DNA of 61,393 nucleotides, counting the filler. It is 7 parts of 7 records of this genome, joined end to end, with 100 filler letters (N's around TTAATTAATTAA, not from the genome) between each part and the next. Parts side by side here need not be neighbours in the genome. Positions count along the whole stretch, not along the records: positions 1 to 15,322 come from SRR20825010_6718; 6 more parts are not named here. The stretch is one strand, 5' to 3'. The position numbers were made by a program, and so were the translations under genes. The notes under the pieces were generated by a model, which ran no database searches, was not told the origin of the DNA, and saw only the letters and a program-made list of their open reading frames with translations. Every line of letters begins with the position of its first letter. Positions within the stretch are counted from its first letter, which is position 1. This document shows, piece after piece, positions 1-9,027 of this stretch.

Positions 1-50
1 GCCCATCGGCTAATTGTTGTCATTCGGTATACAACCAAATTAACAGCCCG

Positions 51-1259
51 TTAAGTGGAAGCTGCGAGCACGCCGTGGGGGTCGAGGACGAATTTCTTGG
101 CGGCGCCTTGGTCGAAGTCGGCGTAGCCTTGAGGGGCATCCTCCAGCGAAATCACCGTTGCATTGACCGCTTTAGCGATCTGGCATCGGTCATGCAAAAT
201 CGCCATCATCAGGCCTCGGTTGTACTTCATCACGGGGCACTGGCCGGTGGTGAAGTGCAGGGATTTGGCCCAACCCAAACCGATCCGGAGCGATAGGTTG
301 CCGGTTCGGGCGGCTTCGTCGACCCCGCCTGGATCGTCCGTCACATACAGACCAGGGATCCCAACGCCGCCTCCTACCCGGGTGACTTCCATGACTTGGT
401 TGAGCACCGTGGCGGGTTTTTCGACGCCTGAATCACCACCGTGACCGCGGGCTTCGAATCCAACGCAGTCGACGGCACAATCGACTTCTCGGGAACCCAG
501 GATCTGTTCGATCATGTCAGGCAGCGAGGCATCGGTTTTGAGGTCAACCGTTTCGCAACCAAACGAGCGTGCCTGTGCGAGTCGTTCTTCCACCATGTCT
601 CCAACGATCACAACCGCTGCTCCAAGCAACTGGGCCGCGTGAGCACAAGCAAGCCCCACCGGGCCGGCTCCTGCGACATACACGGTGCTGCCGGTGGTCA
701 CTCCTGCGGTGTACGCGCCGTGGTAACCGGTCGGGAAAATGTCCGACAGCATGGTCAAGTCGCGAATTTTTGCGAGAGCTTGGTCACGGTCGGGAAACGC
801 GAGCAAATTCCAATCCGCATAGGGAACCATGACGTATCGTGATTGGCCGCCGATCCAGCCGCCCATGTCGACGTAGCCATACGCTGCGCCCGGGCGATCA
901 GGGTTCACGTTTTCACAAACTCCGGTGTCGCCTTCCTTGCAGCAACGGCATCGACCGCAAGCGATGTTGAACGGGACGCTGCAGATATCACCCTTCTTGA
1001 TGAATTCAACGTCACGGCCGACCTCAATGACTTCGCCCGTGATCTCGTGTCCGAGCACCATGCCGGCCGGGGCGGTTGTGCGTCCGCGAACCATGTGTTG
1101 GTCGGAGCCGCAAATGTTTGTGGAGATGACCTTCAAGATCACTCCGTGGTGGCACTGCCGAGTTTTTCCTCGGTAGCTGAGTTCCAGTTTGGGATCGTCG
1201 ATCGATTGAACATCGACCTTTCCGGCACCCAGATACACAACACCTTTGTTGTCTGACAT
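51..1259 (-). CDS. fdhA: Glutathione-independent formaldehyde dehydrogenase (Zn-dependent MDR family)
   Basis: 402-aa ORF with STNICGSDQHMVRGRT, GHEITGEV, structural Zn motif CGRCRCC..C, Rossmann GAGPVG and C-terminal KKFVLDPH, all typical of FdhA. Confidence 0.93.
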   Translation of the reverse strand: MSDNKGVVYLGAGKVDVQSIDDPKLELSYRGKTRQCHHGVILKVISTNICGSDQHMVRGRTTAPAGMVLGHEITGEVIEVGRDVEFIKKGDICSVPFNIACGRCRCCKEGDTGVCENVNPDRPGAAYGYVDMGGWIGGQSRYVMVPYADWNLLAFPDRDQALAKIRDLTMLSDIFPTGYHGAYTAGVTTGSTVYVAGAGPVGLACAHAAQLLGAAVVIVGDMVEERLAQARSFGCETVDLKTDASLPDMIEQILGSREVDCAVDCVGFEARGHGGDSGVEKPATVLNQVMEVTRVGGGVGIPGLYVTDDPGGVDEAARTGNLSLRIGLGWAKSLHFTTGQCPVMKYNRGLMMAILHDRCQIAKAVNATVISLEDAPQGYADFDQGAAKKFVLDPHGVLAAST

Positions 1260-1961
1260 CGAAACACGCCTCGTGGGGATGATGGAGCGAGCGAGAGAGA
1301 AGGCGACTTTGTAGACGTGTACGGGGAGAACGACGTCTCTAAGTCGAGTGGCAGTCTAGCAGATGAGCTCGAGGCAATGGGGGGACGCGACTGATGTTGC
1401 TGCAAGGTCAATAGACTGTTGTGTCGGGCGACGTCGATCGCAACTTGGATGATCGATTCATGCATCACTGATCTGATCGAATGAAAATCTTGTTCGAGAA
1501 GCTTGCATCGGTAGTTTCCGCCGCGATTGATTCAAGCGAGCTTTCCTGGGGAGAGAAACGCACGGGCATCACCCACGCGTACGCCTGAATGGCGTCGCTC
1601 GACACTCTCGCCAGAGTTCGTTCGGGAGATATATGCCATGTGGATATCTGTTGAAAAGCGGTATCGGAAAACTGCACAACCTCTAGGGATGAGAGTTGGC
1701 TCATCGCTGCGCCCAGGATCAATCCGGCCAATCACAAAATGCGATCGATCCGGTTTCTTGATCAGAGCTTGATGGCGAAAGGACGATGGGCTGAGCCTGA
1801 ATCACTCGCAAAAAACTCTCGCCAAACATGCGAGTCTTAAGAAGAAAGTCGGGCGACGTGCAATCTCAAGTGGGTTTCTCGTCTGGTTGCTCAGCTGTTG
1901 CTGCCTTGTGGTAGAGTATGCGCCTCGTTTGGCTATGTCTTCCACGAAAGCAAAATGTTCT

Positions 1962-4900
1962 ATGCCTTCCGTTTTTCGGACGCTGTTATCGGTACTTGGT
2001 TGTTTGGCGGTTTTTGCCGGTGACGCCTCTTCTCAGGAACGGCCGAACGTTATTGTCGTGTTGGCTGATGATTTGGGTTATTCCGATCTCGGTTGCTACG
2101 GCGGCGAAATCAGCACCCCAAACATCGACGCGCTCGCGGCAGATGGCGTCAAGCTGAGCCAGGTTTATAACTCGGCACGTTGTTGCCCCAGCCGCGCGTC
2201 CTTGATGACCGGTCTGTATCCAACTCAGGCAGGCATTGGGGATTTCACAACTCGCGAACCAAACCGGACTCGAGGGCAGGGTTACCTTGGTCGGCTTCGC
2301 GACGACTGCGTCACGATGGCCGAAGTGCTGAAGCCGGAAGGGTACGGTTGCTACTACGTTGGTAAGTGGCACATGCATCCGAAAACTGGACCGATCAAGC
2401 GTGGCTTTGACGAGTTTTATGGCTACACCAACGATCATTCGCATGATCAATACGACGCTGATTACTACATCCGGTTGCCCGAGAATCGCGTCAAAGAAAT
2501 CGATCCACCGGCGGATCAATTCTATGCCACCGATGTCTTCAACGATTACGCGATCGAGTTCATTCGGCAGGGGCAATCGACTAACAAGCCATGGTTTCTG
2601 TTCCTAGGACATTCATCGCCGCACTTCCCGGTGCAAGCACCATCGGAACGAGCGGACAAGTACGAGCCGATCTATTCACGCGGATGGGACGTCCTGCGAG
2701 AAGAACGGTTCGAAAGAATGCGGGAGCTCGGTTTGGTTGACGGCGATCATTGGAAGATGCCACTGAGAGAAATCGTTCCCGTGGATCGGGACGACATCGC
2801 GAATGGGTTTGCAGGGGAACAGAATCCGGCGTGGGATTCATTGGACCCCGATCGTCAAAAGGATCTCGCCCGTCGGATGTCCGTGTTCGCAGCGATGGTC
2901 GAAGGTGTCGATCGCGGCGTCGGTCAAATTGTCGAACATCTGAAAGACACCGGTGATTTCGAGAACACACTGATTCTGTTTTTGAGTGACAACGGTGCTT
3001 GTTACGAATGGGGGCCGTTTGGTTTCGACGGCGTTTCGAGACGCGGTGAAACAATCCTGCGAACCGGTGAGCAATTGCGAGAAATCGGCGGACGCGGGAC
3101 TCATCAATCGTATGGGAGCGCGTGGGCGAACCTTGGGAACACGCCGTTTCGGATGTACAAGCACTTCACGCACGAGGGCGGCATCAGCACACCGTTCATC
3201 GCGCATTGGCCAAAGGGCATCGCGAAACGGAAAGATTGGGTTCGCGAGCCTGCCCACATGATGGATGTCTTGCCCACTGTGTTAGAAGCAGCCGGAGGGG
3301 AGTATCCGACATCCTTTGCGGGACATTCGATCCAGCCATTGGAAGGAAAAAGCTTGCTTCCCGTGATGCGTGGCGAAACATCGGCTGATCGTGAAATTGG
3401 GTTTGATCACCAAGCGGCACATGCTCTGCGCGAAGGAGACTGGAAGATTGTCTATTCGAAGCGAATGCCGGAGAAGCTGACATGGGAACTCTACAATTTG
3501 GCGGAAGATCGTTGTGAGCTCAACAATCTTGCTGACCAGCATCCGCAGCGTTTGGCATCGATGGTGTCCCGATGGGAAGCGTGGGCCAAACGAGTCGGTG
3601 TGACCTGGGAGCCGTACGAGGGCACTGAGAAAGCGACGTCCGCGACAGAGGAAACTGAATCGCCGTTGATTGCAAATCGAACGCTGACGTTGACCGTGGA
3701 GATTGAGGCGGACAATCCGAGCGGCGTTGCGATGGCTCAAGGTGGCATCCAGCATGGCTACGCTTTGCATTTCGTCGACGGCAAACCGGCATTCGATGTT
3801 CGGGTGGATGGGAAAGTCAAACGTTTGATGGGGACGGCCACCGTCCGCGGACGAGTTCAATTGGCCGCGACGCTGTCGGCAAAACGCATGACGTTGACCA
3901 TCGATGGTGACGAACCGATCTCGACGAGTTCACCTGGACTGATTCCCGCACAACCGGTCGATGGACTGAGCATTGGTTTTGATGAGCGAACTGCCGCGGG
4001 AGATTACTCCTCGCCCAATCGCTTTTCGGGAAAGGTGCTGCACCACAATGTCGAGGCAACAAGACCGAAGGTCGGTGGGCCGGCGAAGAAGAAGAGCGGA
4101 GCGTCAGGCGACGACAAGAGCAAACCGAACTTTGTGTTTGTGCTCACCGATGACATCAGCCCGGATGACTTGAGCGTTTACGGCAATGCGTTCGTTCCAA
4201 CTCCAAATCTTGAACGCCTCGCTTCGAAAGGACTTGTCTTCGACAACGCGTATCTGACGATCAGTTCGTGCTCACCGAGTCGTTGTTCAATGATCACGGG
4301 CCGCTACCCACACAACACGGGTGCACCGGAATTGCACACGACTTTGCCGGAGACGCAACGAACGTTCGTTCAATCGTTGCGGGAGGCGGGGTACCACACG
4401 GTGATCTCTGGAAAGAATCATATGGCCGACCCCCATGCGTTGGGCTTTGATGTGAGCACGGATAGCAAACCGGCCGGTAGCGAGCGTTGGGTGTCGCATC
4501 TTCGCGACCGGCCGACGGATCAGCCGTTTTTCTGCTGGTTCGCATCGCACGACGCTCACTCTCCATTCACGCCAAACGAAGACGCTCCGAAGTTTGACGC
4601 CAAATCGATTGGCGTGCCACCGATGTTGTTTGACGGTGAAGGCACACGCGATCAATTGGCGGGGTACTACCACGAGGTCGCTCGCACCGACCACGCGGTT
4701 GGGCAAGTGGTAGAAGAACTGAAACGCCAGAAGATTCTGGATAACACGTACATTATCTATTGCAGCGACAACGGCCGTCCGTTTCCGCGTTGCAAGACTT
4801 ACTTGTACGACAGTGGAATCAAAACCCCGCTGATCATTTCCGGACCAAACGTAGTGAACGGGCGGACGAACTCCATCGTCAGTTCGATTGACTTCGCACC

Positions 4901-6719
4901 CACAATCCTGGAACTCGCCGGCGTTGCGTGTCCGAAAACGGTGCAAGGAGTCAGTGCCGTGGACGTCCTTGGCGATCCGAATGCAATCACTCGCGAGGTC
5001 GCGTTTGCAGAGCGAAATTGGCACGTGTTTCAAAACCACGAGCGAGCCGTTCGAGCTGGCGACTGGCTCTACATCTGGAACGCTTGGCCGGAACGCCACA
5101 ACTTGTCGGGCGAGAGTGCGTCGTACAGTTTCGCTGCCGCACGTGAATTGTGGGAAGCCGCCAAGGCCGGCAAGCTTACCGACGCTCAAGCGTTGTTGAC
5201 CCAAAAGCCGCAGCCGACCGAGATGCTTTTCCACGTCGGCAAAGATCCAAATCAGTTTGTCAATTTGGCTGCAATGCCGGAACACCAAACAACGCTGCAA
5301 CAAATGCGCGCGTTGCTGGACCAGTGGAAGAAGGAAACCGGCGACAGTGTTCCCAAGCATCCGACGGCTGATCGCCAACCGTTGCATTCCTCCGGCGCGA
5401 GCGGAAACATGAAGCGAGGTGAATTTCCAGGATCTGATAACAATTGCACGACAATCAATGCGTCCGGTCCGATCATGCTGCCGCGCGAGGCATCGACTTT
5501 GTCAGCAAACGTGTCGAAGCCGCAGAATTCGGACATGAAAGTTGCCGTGAAGGATGACACCGAGAGTCGTAAAGCAAACATCGATGAGAGCAAGGCGGAC
5601 CAGTTTCCCGACTCGGCTTTTGTCGAAGTTCCAACCGATCGAGTTCCAGGACCGGTCATGGATGCGGAGACCATTCGCGCGGGGTTGCAGTCTCACGACC
5701 GGGCATTGTTCATCAAGGCAGGCTGGATTCGCGATCCGTATATCACATCAGGGCCTGACGGATACTTCTATCTCACAGGGACGCAGCCAAACGAAGGTGA
5801 CCCTCGAGAACAATCGAATCCCTACAACATCGGTCTGGGTGACCAGAGCATTGTGGGAAGTCAGGTGCGTGCATATCGCAGCAAGGATCTCGTCGAGTGG
5901 GAATCGCTCGGCGTGATCTTCGATACCAGCGACACTTGGAAGGCAATGCAGGGACGGAGGGCAGCGAAAGACAGGATCTGGGCACCCGAGGTTCATTGGA
6001 TGCCGAACCTTGGGGATCGGGGACGTTGGGCGTTGGTGCATTGCCCAAAACAGCACTCCAGTTTTGTGCTTTCAAAGGACGACAAACTCTCGGGGCCGTG
6101 GACGCATCCGATGAAGGGCAAGATGGGACCTCGTCATGACCCGTCGCTGTTCACCGATGACGACGGAACGGTTTGGATGTTGTGGCAGAACACGTCCGTT
6201 GCTCCGCTCACAAAGGACCTCTCGGGTTACGCCGCCCAACCCGTTCGCATCGATCCATCAGGAACACGCCCGGGGCCGGATGGAACCCCCATCCGTCGAA
6301 TCGGTCACGAAGGCGCCACGATGATCAAGGTCGGCGGACAATACGTTCATCTCGGAACGGCTTGGTCAACCGACGAAGGACGCAAGGGTTCTTACAATCT
6401 GTACTACAGCGTGGCCGACAAAATCACTGGTCCCTACGGACCTCGGAAATTCGCGGGCCGCTTCCTCGGACACGGGACTCCCTTTCAAACCCAAGATGGA
6501 AAGTGGTGGTGCACCGCATTTTTCAACGCCAATGTTCCTCCCGTTCAGCGTGATGGCATCGAGGGTCGCGACCTCGGCGACAACGCTCAAACCATCAACG
6601 AGCAAGGAGTGACGATCGTCCCGCTGGAGGTGCGAATGACAGACGATGGCGAAGTTTTGATCCGAGCCAAAGATCCAGCGTATGCAAGTCCAGGGCCAGA
6701 CGAGTCTCAGAAGTTCTGA
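1962..6719 (+). CDS. Secreted multidomain enzyme: arylsulfatase + LamG-like beta-sandwich + second sulfatase (sulfamidase-like) + GH43-like glycoside hydrolase
   Basis: Signal peptide MPSVFRTLLSVLGCLAVFAGDASS (alternative start 1935). PNVIVVLADD with CCPSR (2181-2195). GLSIGFD..RFSG LamG-like segment. Second PNFVFVLTDD (~4125) with CSPSR (4269-4283). Five-bladed GH43 motifs WIRDP (5724), WAPE (5979), HDPS (6135), HEG (6306). Confidence 0.88.
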   Translation: MPSVFRTLLSVLGCLAVFAGDASSQERPNVIVVLADDLGYSDLGCYGGEISTPNIDALAADGVKLSQVYNSARCCPSRASLMTGLYPTQAGIGDFTTREPNRTRGQGYLGRLRDDCVTMAEVLKPEGYGCYYVGKWHMHPKTGPIKRGFDEFYGYTNDHSHDQYDADYYIRLPENRVKEIDPPADQFYATDVFNDYAIEFIRQGQSTNKPWFLFLGHSSPHFPVQAPSERADKYEPIYSRGWDVLREERFERMRELGLVDGDHWKMPLREIVPVDRDDIANGFAGEQNPAWDSLDPDRQKDLARRMSVFAAMVEGVDRGVGQIVEHLKDTGDFENTLILFLSDNGACYEWGPFGFDGVSRRGETILRTGEQLREIGGRGTHQSYGSAWANLGNTPFRMYKHFTHEGGISTPFIAHWPKGIAKRKDWVREPAHMMDVLPTVLEAAGGEYPTSFAGHSIQPLEGKSLLPVMRGETSADREIGFDHQAAHALREGDWKIVYSKRMPEKLTWELYNLAEDRCELNNLADQHPQRLASMVSRWEAWAKRVGVTWEPYEGTEKATSATEETESPLIANRTLTLTVEIEADNPSGVAMAQGGIQHGYALHFVDGKPAFDVRVDGKVKRLMGTATVRGRVQLAATLSAKRMTLTIDGDEPISTSSPGLIPAQPVDGLSIGFDERTAAGDYSSPNRFSGKVLHHNVEATRPKVGGPAKKKSGASGDDKSKPNFVFVLTDDISPDDLSVYGNAFVPTPNLERLASKGLVFDNAYLTISSCSPSRCSMITGRYPHNTGAPELHTTLPETQRTFVQSLREAGYHTVISGKNHMADPHALGFDVSTDSKPAGSERWVSHLRDRPTDQPFFCWFASHDAHSPFTPNEDAPKFDAKSIGVPPMLFDGEGTRDQLAGYYHEVARTDHAVGQVVEELKRQKILDNTYIIYCSDNGRPFPRCKTYLYDSGIKTPLIISGPNVVNGRTNSIVSSIDFAPTILELAGVACPKTVQGVSAVDVLGDPNAITREVAFAERNWHVFQNHERAVRAGDWLYIWNAWPERHNLSGESASYSFAAARELWEAAKAGKLTDAQALLTQKPQPTEMLFHVGKDPNQFVNLAAMPEHQTTLQQMRALLDQWKKETGDSVPKHPTADRQPLHSSGASGNMKRGEFPGSDNNCTTINASGPIMLPREASTLSANVSKPQNSDMKVAVKDDTESRKANIDESKADQFPDSAFVEVPTDRVPGPVMDAETIRAGLQSHDRALFIKAGWIRDPYITSGPDGYFYLTGTQPNEGDPREQSNPYNIGLGDQSIVGSQVRAYRSKDLVEWESLGVIFDTSDTWKAMQGRRAAKDRIWAPEVHWMPNLGDRGRWALVHCPKQHSSFVLSKDDKLSGPWTHPMKGKMGPRHDPSLFTDDDGTVWMLWQNTSVAPLTKDLSGYAAQPVRIDPSGTRPGPDGTPIRRIGHEGATMIKVGGQYVHLGTAWSTDEGRKGSYNLYYSVADKITGPYGPRKFAGRFLGHGTPFQTQDGKWWCTAFFNANVPPVQRDGIEGRDLGDNAQTINEQGVTIVPLEVRMTDDGEVLIRAKDPAYASPGPDESQKF

Positions 6720-6895
6720 TTGGCTAGCGTTTATCGAACCCCGTCGTTTGTTGATATGGTCGTGAACACTGAAGCCATGGATGGCATCGCCGCACCATGA
6801 GAAGGCGAATGGCTTTTTATTTTGCTTGCTTCTCGCGAACGGTGCGAAAGCTCATTTGGCTCGTACCGATTCGCGAGATTCGTCGCCGCTCGGGC

Positions 6896-8740
6896 TCAGA
6901 AGCCACCACCACCGAGGGCTTGGTAAGCGTTGATGATCGCACTGAGTTCTTCTTGCTTGGTGTCGATCAACAACATTTTGGCTTCCATCAATTCCCGTTG
7001 AGCGAGCAACACTTCGACGTATTCCGCACGAGCGTTTTGGAACAGTGTACCGGCACTGTCGACGGACTCTTCCAGCGACTGAAGTTGCTTCTTCTTGACT
7101 TCGATGCTGTTTCGATAGTTGTCGACCTTTGAAACCAAATTGACGACTTCGACGTGTGCTTCCAGGACGGTTTGCTGGTAGTTGTAAATGCTTTGCAACT
7201 GAACCGCGTTCGCTGTCTGGTAGTCGGCTTTGATGGCACGTTTGTTGATCAGCGGACCCACGATGTCACCCGCAACGCTGTAGATCAACGACTCTGGTGT
7301 TCGGAATAGATATCCAGTTGCGAATGCGTTCCAACCCAATCCACCGGTCAGAGTGAGGGAGGGATAAAAGCGAGCCCGTGCGACTTTGACGTCCAATCCA
7401 GCTGCGGCGACGCGGCGCTCCGCTTCGCGGATGTCGGCTCGGTTTTGCAACAATTCCGATGGGACGCCGGCACTGAGCGTTTGCATGTTCAGGTCGATAA
7501 AGTCGACTTCCGTTCGGTCCACATGCTGGGGATAGCGTCCGACCAGAAAGTTGATTCGGTTTTCCGTTTCGACAATTTCTTGAGCGATGACCGCACGTTC
7601 GCTCTCGTTTTTGTGCACTTCGGCTTGAAAACGTTGGACGGCCAGTTGATTGCCTCGTCCGGCTTCCTTCATCGCGTTGGATATGTCGAGGCTACGCTGC
7701 TGGATATCGATCGTCTTTTGAAGCGTCTGCATTCGGTTGTCGAGAGCAAGCAGCTCGTAGTAGTTCTCGGCGATTTCAGCGACCAAACGTGTAACGACGT
7801 AGTTCCGCCCTTCCTTCGTCGCCAGGTATCGCATCGCAGCGGCATTCTGGGCGTTGCGCAGTCGTTTCCAGATATCGACTTCCCACGATACATTTGCGGC
7901 GACCAAGAAGTCAGGCAACGGATCAGGGAAACCCTTGCCCGGCGCGACTTCTAGTTGTTCTTCCACTGCGCCATCGCGGGTGTGGTGGCCTGATTTTTCG
8001 ATGCCGGCTCCGACGCCCGCGGTGACGAAGGGACGATACTCACCACTTCTTGCGTAGGTTTCGTTGCATGCAATTCGGATCTCTTCAGATAGGATTCTCA
8101 GTTCCTGGTTGCCAACCAATGCTTGATTGATCAGGTCCAGCAGGTAAGGATCGGTGTAAAAGATACTTTGCGGCAGGTGGGCTGAGTTTTGGTACGTCGA
8201 AATGCCAAAGTTCAGGTCGGCTTCGTCGTAGACGATCATTTCCGCTGGTTCGCCAATCTGCGCGTCGTCGCTGGCATCCACCTGAACATTCACCAATGTG
8301 GTGGAACTTGCGTTCAGTTTATTGGTCTTGTTGTGGTCGGCTGGTGAATTCACGTCTGAGAGGTCAGTCGACTTGATGTAGTTTGCGAATGTTTTGGCTT
8401 CGTCGTCTGACTTGAGTGAGACCGGCTTCGATTTCATCGACGGCGATTGTTTTGCCAGATCAATCGCTTGCAAGTTTGGCGTCTCGATGAAGGAGGCTGT
8501 TTCGACTAGCGAACCTGATACGGTTTCGAACTGGGGCATGCTCCTCGACACCGTTGGTTGGGTATAGTCGGTGCCATTGTTCCAGTTGTAGTGCTGGGGC
8601 ATCGACGGTCCCGGCTTGTAGCCTCGCAAGCAAGGGATACCGCAGCCCGGAATCGCTAGCAAAGATCCGCAAATCAAGGCGGCGATCGTGGCGCGTTTAG
8701 ATGACTTGCAACCTGGGGCAAGCTTCGATGGAAAGTTCAT
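6896..8740 (-). CDS. Outer membrane efflux lipoprotein, TolC/NodT family, with long N-terminal extension
   Basis: Lipobox IPGC, SWEVDIWKRLRN, GVPSELLQNRADIREAE and YQALGGG C-terminus. Last gene of the RND operon. Confidence 0.9.
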   Translation of the reverse strand: MNFPSKLAPGCKSSKRATIAALICGSLLAIPGCGIPCLRGYKPGPSMPQHYNWNNGTDYTQPTVSRSMPQFETVSGSLVETASFIETPNLQAIDLAKQSPSMKSKPVSLKSDDEAKTFANYIKSTDLSDVNSPADHNKTNKLNASSTTLVNVQVDASDDAQIGEPAEMIVYDEADLNFGISTYQNSAHLPQSIFYTDPYLLDLINQALVGNQELRILSEEIRIACNETYARSGEYRPFVTAGVGAGIEKSGHHTRDGAVEEQLEVAPGKGFPDPLPDFLVAANVSWEVDIWKRLRNAQNAAAMRYLATKEGRNYVVTRLVAEIAENYYELLALDNRMQTLQKTIDIQQRSLDISNAMKEAGRGNQLAVQRFQAEVHKNESERAVIAQEIVETENRINFLVGRYPQHVDRTEVDFIDLNMQTLSAGVPSELLQNRADIREAERRVAAAGLDVKVARARFYPSLTLTGGLGWNAFATGYLFRTPESLIYSVAGDIVGPLINKRAIKADYQTANAVQLQSIYNYQQTVLEAHVEVVNLVSKVDNYRNSIEVKKKQLQSLEESVDSAGTLFQNARAEYVEVLLAQRELMEAKMLLIDTKQEELSAIINAYQALGGGGF

Positions 8741-9027
8741 GTTCGTCCTTGCTGAACTGACTGGAATCGGCGTCCTGCCGATTGAATTCGATGGCCGTTT
8801 TGATTAACCAGTAGGCGTCCCGCCAAGGTTGGCTGGCGGGCCGACTGCTGTTAGTCTGGTAGCGTCAATATCGTCTCTCATGAAACGCTCATTGGACGCG
8901 TCGGCCGTGCCTGCGTGATTGTGCCAACATTTGCAGATCAGTCGTTCTGGCTCTGAAACCTGCACGGAACTTTCTGATTGCAATGTCTATGATGAATGTT
9001 CGTGTGGGATGGCCATCCAACGGTGCT

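Noticed and set aside
1260-1886. Small ORFs in the fdhA-sulfatase intergenic region
   Set aside because: They overlap each other on both strands, have no motifs and lack convincing start signals
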